NCBI GenBank assembly: GCA_963711835.1
Contig: CAVQFQ010000017.1
Coordinates: 480,001-544,000 of the forward strand
DNA from: an uncultured delta proteobacterium
GTDB lineage: Bacteria > Desulfobacterota > RBG-13-43-22
Direction of reading: 5' to 3'
DNA length: 64,000 nucleotides
The notes under the pieces: generated by a model
Seen by the model: only the letters and a program-made list of their open reading frames with translations
Databases searched by the model: none
What the model was told of the DNA's origin: nothing
Shown here: one piece after another, positions 60,395 to 64,000 of the stretch
Numbering within the stretch: the first letter of the stretch is position 1
Layout: each line of letters begins with the position of its first letter
Position numbers and translations under genes: made by a program

Positions 60395-61375
60395 TTATTT
60401 TAAGGGGTTCTCTTTTATTTTTCCTATCAGCGCCGGCACCACCTGGAACAAATCCCCAATGATGCCGTAATCGGCTACCTGAAAGATAGGCGCTTTGGGG
60501 TCTTTATTGACGGCAATGATGGTTTCCGATCCCTTCATACCTATCTGGTGCTGAAAGGCACCGCTGATCCCCAGGGCCAGATAGATCTTGGGCCGGACCG
60601 TTTTGCCCGAACAGCCCACCTGCCTTCCTTTGGGCAACCACTTCCAATCAGCCACCGGCCGGGAACAGGAGACCACTCCGCCCAACAGATCAGCCAACTC
60701 CTGGGCCAGGGAGATATTTTCGATATCTCCGATGCCTCGGCCAATCGAAACCAGGATGTCGGCTTGAGTAATATCAACCTCTTCGTTTTCTTGGTACAAA
60801 TACTGGATAAAATGTTTATAGTCCGGCTCTTCCGGAAGCGAAAGTCCGAGAACCTTTAGCTGTCCTGGGGAAGCCGGGGGCGAAGGCCAGGCCCAGGAGC
60901 CGGGACGGCAGGTAACCAAAAACGGGGGGCCGGATGTGGCAACCACCATGGATTGGATCTTGCCGTTATAGATTTGTCGCACACATCGAAGCGATTCCTG
61001 AGAAATGGAAACATCCAGACAATCGGTAATCAGGGGAATGTTCAGGGCCACCGACAAAGCCGGCGCCAGTTCCATTCCCTGGGCCGTATGTCCGATCAAA
61101 GCCGCCAGGGGAGGACCCTGGGACCAGAGTTCGGCCAGGACAGCCTGATAGGTTTCAGAGTGGAAATTTTCCAGGCTGGCCCCTTCCAGGGTCCAGATCT
61201 GATCGGCCTGGGATTGAAGGTCTTTGGCCATCTCAGAAATTTGATTGCCCAAGAGCAGGCAAACCAAAGGCACTCCCTGCTGCAGGGCCAGTTCCTTTCC
61301 CTTGGCCAGCATTTCCATGGTTATCTCGCGGAGGCTGCCCCCTCGATGTTCAGCCAAAACCCAGATGCCGCTCAT
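60395..61375 (-). CDS. etfA: Electron transfer flavoprotein alpha subunit
   Basis: GRGI, SRP, QVGCSGK, GISGAFQH and NKDPKAPIF. Confidence 0.92.
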   Translation of the reverse strand: MSGIWVLAEHRGGSLREITMEMLAKGKELALQQGVPLVCLLLGNQISEMAKDLQSQADQIWTLEGASLENFHSETYQAVLAELWSQGPPLAALIGHTAQGMELAPALSVALNIPLITDCLDVSISQESLRCVRQIYNGKIQSMVVATSGPPFLVTCRPGSWAWPSPPASPGQLKVLGLSLPEEPDYKHFIQYLYQENEEVDITQADILVSIGRGIGDIENISLAQELADLLGGVVSCSRPVADWKWLPKGRQVGCSGKTVRPKIYLALGISGAFQHQIGMKGSETIIAVNKDPKAPIFQVADYGIIGDLFQVVPALIGKIKENPLK

Positions 61376-62166
61376 ATCCCGATCCCTCCCTTGCTTTTTA
61401 TAATCTCAATCAGTTGGGAGGCGAGTTCTTCGCCCTTTCCGGTCAGGATCCGAGCCTGCTTGCCCAGCGGGGGTAAGGAAAGAGACTCCACCTGAATTCG
61501 GGAACCTGAGGCGCCGACCTCTCCGGCCGAAAGACCCAGGTCTCCCAGGCCCTTCAATTGGATTTCTTTGTCACGGATCTTACGAATGCGCATGACCGAA
61601 ACGTATCGTGGTTCGTTGATGCCGGTTTGAATGGTCAGAAGGGCCGGGAGGGTCATGGCGAGGACCTCTTCCATACCGGCTTCCAGTTCCCTGAAAACCT
61701 TAATCCGGTCTTGATCCCATTCAACCCTGGTAACTAAAGTGGCATGGGGCATTCCCAGGAGTTCAGCCAGATTCACCCCCACTTGCCCCCAACCTTCGTC
61801 ACCGCTTCGGGCACCGGTCAGGATCAAATCGAAACGTTGATCTCCCACTGCCCGTTGAATAACCTTGGCCAAAACCCCTGGGTCGGAGTCCTGCAATTGG
61901 GGGTCCTGGATGTGGATGGCCTCGTCAGCCCCCATGGCCAATCCGCGGCGCAGGATATCCTGGGCCTCCGGTTCGCCGACCGTCAGGACAGTTACCTGAG
62001 CCTCCCGGGCCTCTTTAATCCGGATGGCCTCTTCCAGGGCATAGCTGTCCCATTCATTCAAGGAATACACCAACTGGTCCCTTTTGATGTCCTTGCCGTC
62101 GGAGGTGATCTGGAGATCAACCTCTGTTGTGTCAGGGACCCTTTTTAGACAAACCAGAATCTTCAT
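61372..62166 (-). CDS. etfB: Electron transfer flavoprotein beta subunit
   Basis: MKILVCLKRVPD, LAMGAD and INEPRY. Confidence 0.92.
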   Translation of the reverse strand: MKILVCLKRVPDTTEVDLQITSDGKDIKRDQLVYSLNEWDSYALEEAIRIKEAREAQVTVLTVGEPEAQDILRRGLAMGADEAIHIQDPQLQDSDPGVLAKVIQRAVGDQRFDLILTGARSGDEGWGQVGVNLAELLGMPHATLVTRVEWDQDRIKVFRELEAGMEEVLAMTLPALLTIQTGINEPRYVSVMRIRKIRDKEIQLKGLGDLGLSAGEVGASGSRIQVESLSLPPLGKQARILTGKGEELASQLIEIIKSKGGIGI

Positions 62167-62331
62167 CCCTAATGCCTCCCTTATCGGTGCGATTAAGGTC
62201 GCCCCCACCGCTCGCGTATTTCAACGTCACTATTTGCTTGTAGCTTTCTTGAAGCCTTTAAACCTCTAATGTTATTTATTGTCCTACTAAAAAACCCCCA
62301 GAAATTCAAATCATAAAATTATGAATCCTTG

Positions 62332-62502
62332 GAAATGGCCGTGCGCTGCGTCGATGAGGCCTTGCAGATGCACGGCGGTTATGGAACCATGGACGAGTAC
62401 AAGGTCCATAGACTCTATCGGGAGGCCAAGATACTGGAAATTTACGAAGGTACCAAGGAAATTGAAAAGACGATCGTGGCCCGCTCTCTTTTGGGCCTGT
62501 AA
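62332..62502 (+). pseudogene. 3' remnant of a second acyl-CoA dehydrogenase
   Basis: Hand translation EMAVRCVDEALQMHGGYGTMDEYKVHRLYREAKILEIYEGTKEIEKTIVARSLLGL*. Confidence 0.8.
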
Positions 62503-62544
62503 TCAGTTCCCATCCGGAAGAACCCCATTACCTTATTGACTGAG

Positions 62545-63270
62545 CTAAACCGTCGGAAGGCATTGGAGGTCTTGGGGGGTATCCACTTCGAAGGAGTCGA
62601 AGGGGGATTCAATGACCTGGACCGGATAGCCCTGTTCCAGGGCGCGGAGTTGCTCCAGCTTCTCGGCGGCCTCCCATCTTCCGGTAGGCCATTCAGAGAA
62701 GGTTTGCAGGAAATCCCGGCGATAGGCATAAAGGCCCAGGTGTTTGTAAAAGGCCGGGTCCGGATCGCCGTCCCGGTAAAGGGGAATGGCCGATCGTGAG
62801 AAGTATAACGCTTTGCCCGAGGCATCGAAGACTGTTTTCACATGCTTGGGGTCAGGGATTTCAGCCGGATCGGTAATGCGATAAATCAAGGTGCTCATTG
62901 GCCAGTGGGGATGGGCCCGATGGCGGGAGATTAATTCCGAGAGGGCTTCAATGGGGAAAAAAGGTTGATCCCCCTGGATGTTGATTACCAAGGTATCCGG
63001 AGCAAGCCCCAAGAGGCCGGCGGCCTCGGCCAGGCGGTCGGTTCCGGAGCGGTGATCGGGACGGGTCATGACGATCTGGGCCTTAAAGGCCAGAGCGGCC
63101 TCGGCAATGCGGAGATCGTCTGTAGCCACCACGACCTCGAGACTGTCCGGTATCCTTTTGGCCCGAAGGATGACCCGACCGATCATGGGCAGGCCATCAA
63201 TCAAGGCCAGGGGCTTGCCCGGAAAACGGCTCGATTCAAAGCGAGCCGGTATGATGATAACGGGTTTCAA
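62545..63270 (-). CDS. kdsB: CMP-Kdo synthetase
   Basis: IIPARFESSRFPGKPL, SGTDR, NIQGD, LYFSR and EKLEQLR; TTG start at 63270. Confidence 0.9.
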   Translation of the reverse strand: MKPVIIIPARFESSRFPGKPLALIDGLPMIGRVILRAKRIPDSLEVVVATDDLRIAEAALAFKAQIVMTRPDHRSGTDRLAEAAGLLGLAPDTLVINIQGDQPFFPIEALSELISRHRAHPHWPMSTLIYRITDPAEIPDPKHVKTVFDASGKALYFSRSAIPLYRDGDPDPAFYKHLGLYAYRRDFLQTFSEWPTGRWEAAEKLEQLRALEQGYPVQVIESPFDSFEVDTPQDLQCLPTV

Positions 63271-63383
63271 GACGTTGCCTTTGTCCACCTCAACACTACA
63301 AAGGGCCCGGAGAAGGAATAGGTTTCGGCAAGGTAAAACTTTTTCCTTGGCATCCTTGGCGATGGTGCGGTGAATGGATTTTT

Positions 63384-64000
63384 CTAAAGGCCATTCGCCT
63401 GCTGAACCAGTTGCTCGGCCTTGGCAAAGACGGCGGCGTCCATGTTGACATTGATCGGCAAAACCAGCAGGCGGGACATTTTCTGGTCCGATTTGGACAG
63501 GGCCTCTCTGGGATAGGTGAGGTTGCGTCCCCCTTCGGCGCATTTGAAAGGCCAGCCGTTATGGCAGGCCGTCTTCCGTTCCAGCAGATGTTCCCAGTTG
63601 CGGTAATAATGCCAGGTATTTTGAAAGAAATAGACAAAACCAAGGCCGAGCTTGGCCCCCGCCTCTTTAACCGCCAGGGCCTTGGCTGCATCAGGAAGAA
63701 AGAAAGCCAGGAAGGTGGCCGTGTCTCCTTCCGGATCCGGGAGATCCCGAAATCGAAGGGCCTTGAGATTTGACAAAATGGTCTTCAGGCGGTTCTTGTT
63801 GGCTTTCTGTCGGGCTATCATAGCGTTCAATTTCGACAATTGGGCCAGACCCAAGGCCCCCTGGAGCTCCATCATACGGTAGTTGAAGCCGATAAAACTC
63901 CGGCCCTCCAGACCACGGTCGTTCCCGATGTGATCATGGCCGTGGTCGTGATACTCCGAGGCCCGGCGGAAAAGTTCAGGATCATCCATGATGAGCATCC
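63384..64000 (-). CDS. DegT/DnrJ PLP aminotransferase, KdnA-like (5' end outside window)
   Basis: YHDHGHDHIGNDRG...GFNYRMMELQGALG; immediately upstream of kdsB. Confidence 0.75.
   Translation of the reverse strand, partial: MLIMDDPELFRRASEYHDHGHDHIGNDRGLEGRSFIGFNYRMMELQGALGLAQLSKLNAMIARQKANKNRLKTILSNLKALRFRDLPDPEGDTATFLAFFLPDAAKALAVKEAGAKLGLGFVYFFQNTWHYYRNWEHLLERKTACHNGWPFKCAEGGRNLTYPREALSKSDQKMSRLLVLPINVNMDAAVFAKAEQLVQQANGL

Overview
This is a chromosomal window from an anaerobic bacterium; the gene content suggests Desulfobacterota (inference). The core genes are a liv-type ABC transporter, an M20 peptidase, an atypical dnaA, an IclR/PaaK-like/hcrBCA-like aromatic cluster, a tpx-cooS-nitroreductase-rubrerythrin-rubredoxin-flavodoxin cluster, lepA-hemW-smr, a kup/ArsB-NhaD/TerC/oadGB ion-transport cluster, pxpBC, hypABF-(ATP-grasp)-CDE, acd-etfAB, kdsB and a kdnA-like aminotransferase. 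The most unusual part is an ~8.4 kb patchwork (14122-22581) between hcrA and tpx. It holds a RAYT-like HUH Y1 nuclease bounded by perfect 21-bp inverted repeats (GGGTCAGGTCTTGAAATATCA), four integron attC sites with cassettes but no integrase, three toxin-antitoxin pairs and three local duplications. Each duplication has one end at a GGG(T/A)CAGG(T/C)C-like motif, which suggests RAYT-motif-directed accretion of foreign DNA. Many orphan palindromic or MITE-like repeats lie in intergenic spacers. At least seven genes carry single-base frameshifts, probably sequencing or assembly errors. All calls come from reading the sequence by eye; no database searches were run.
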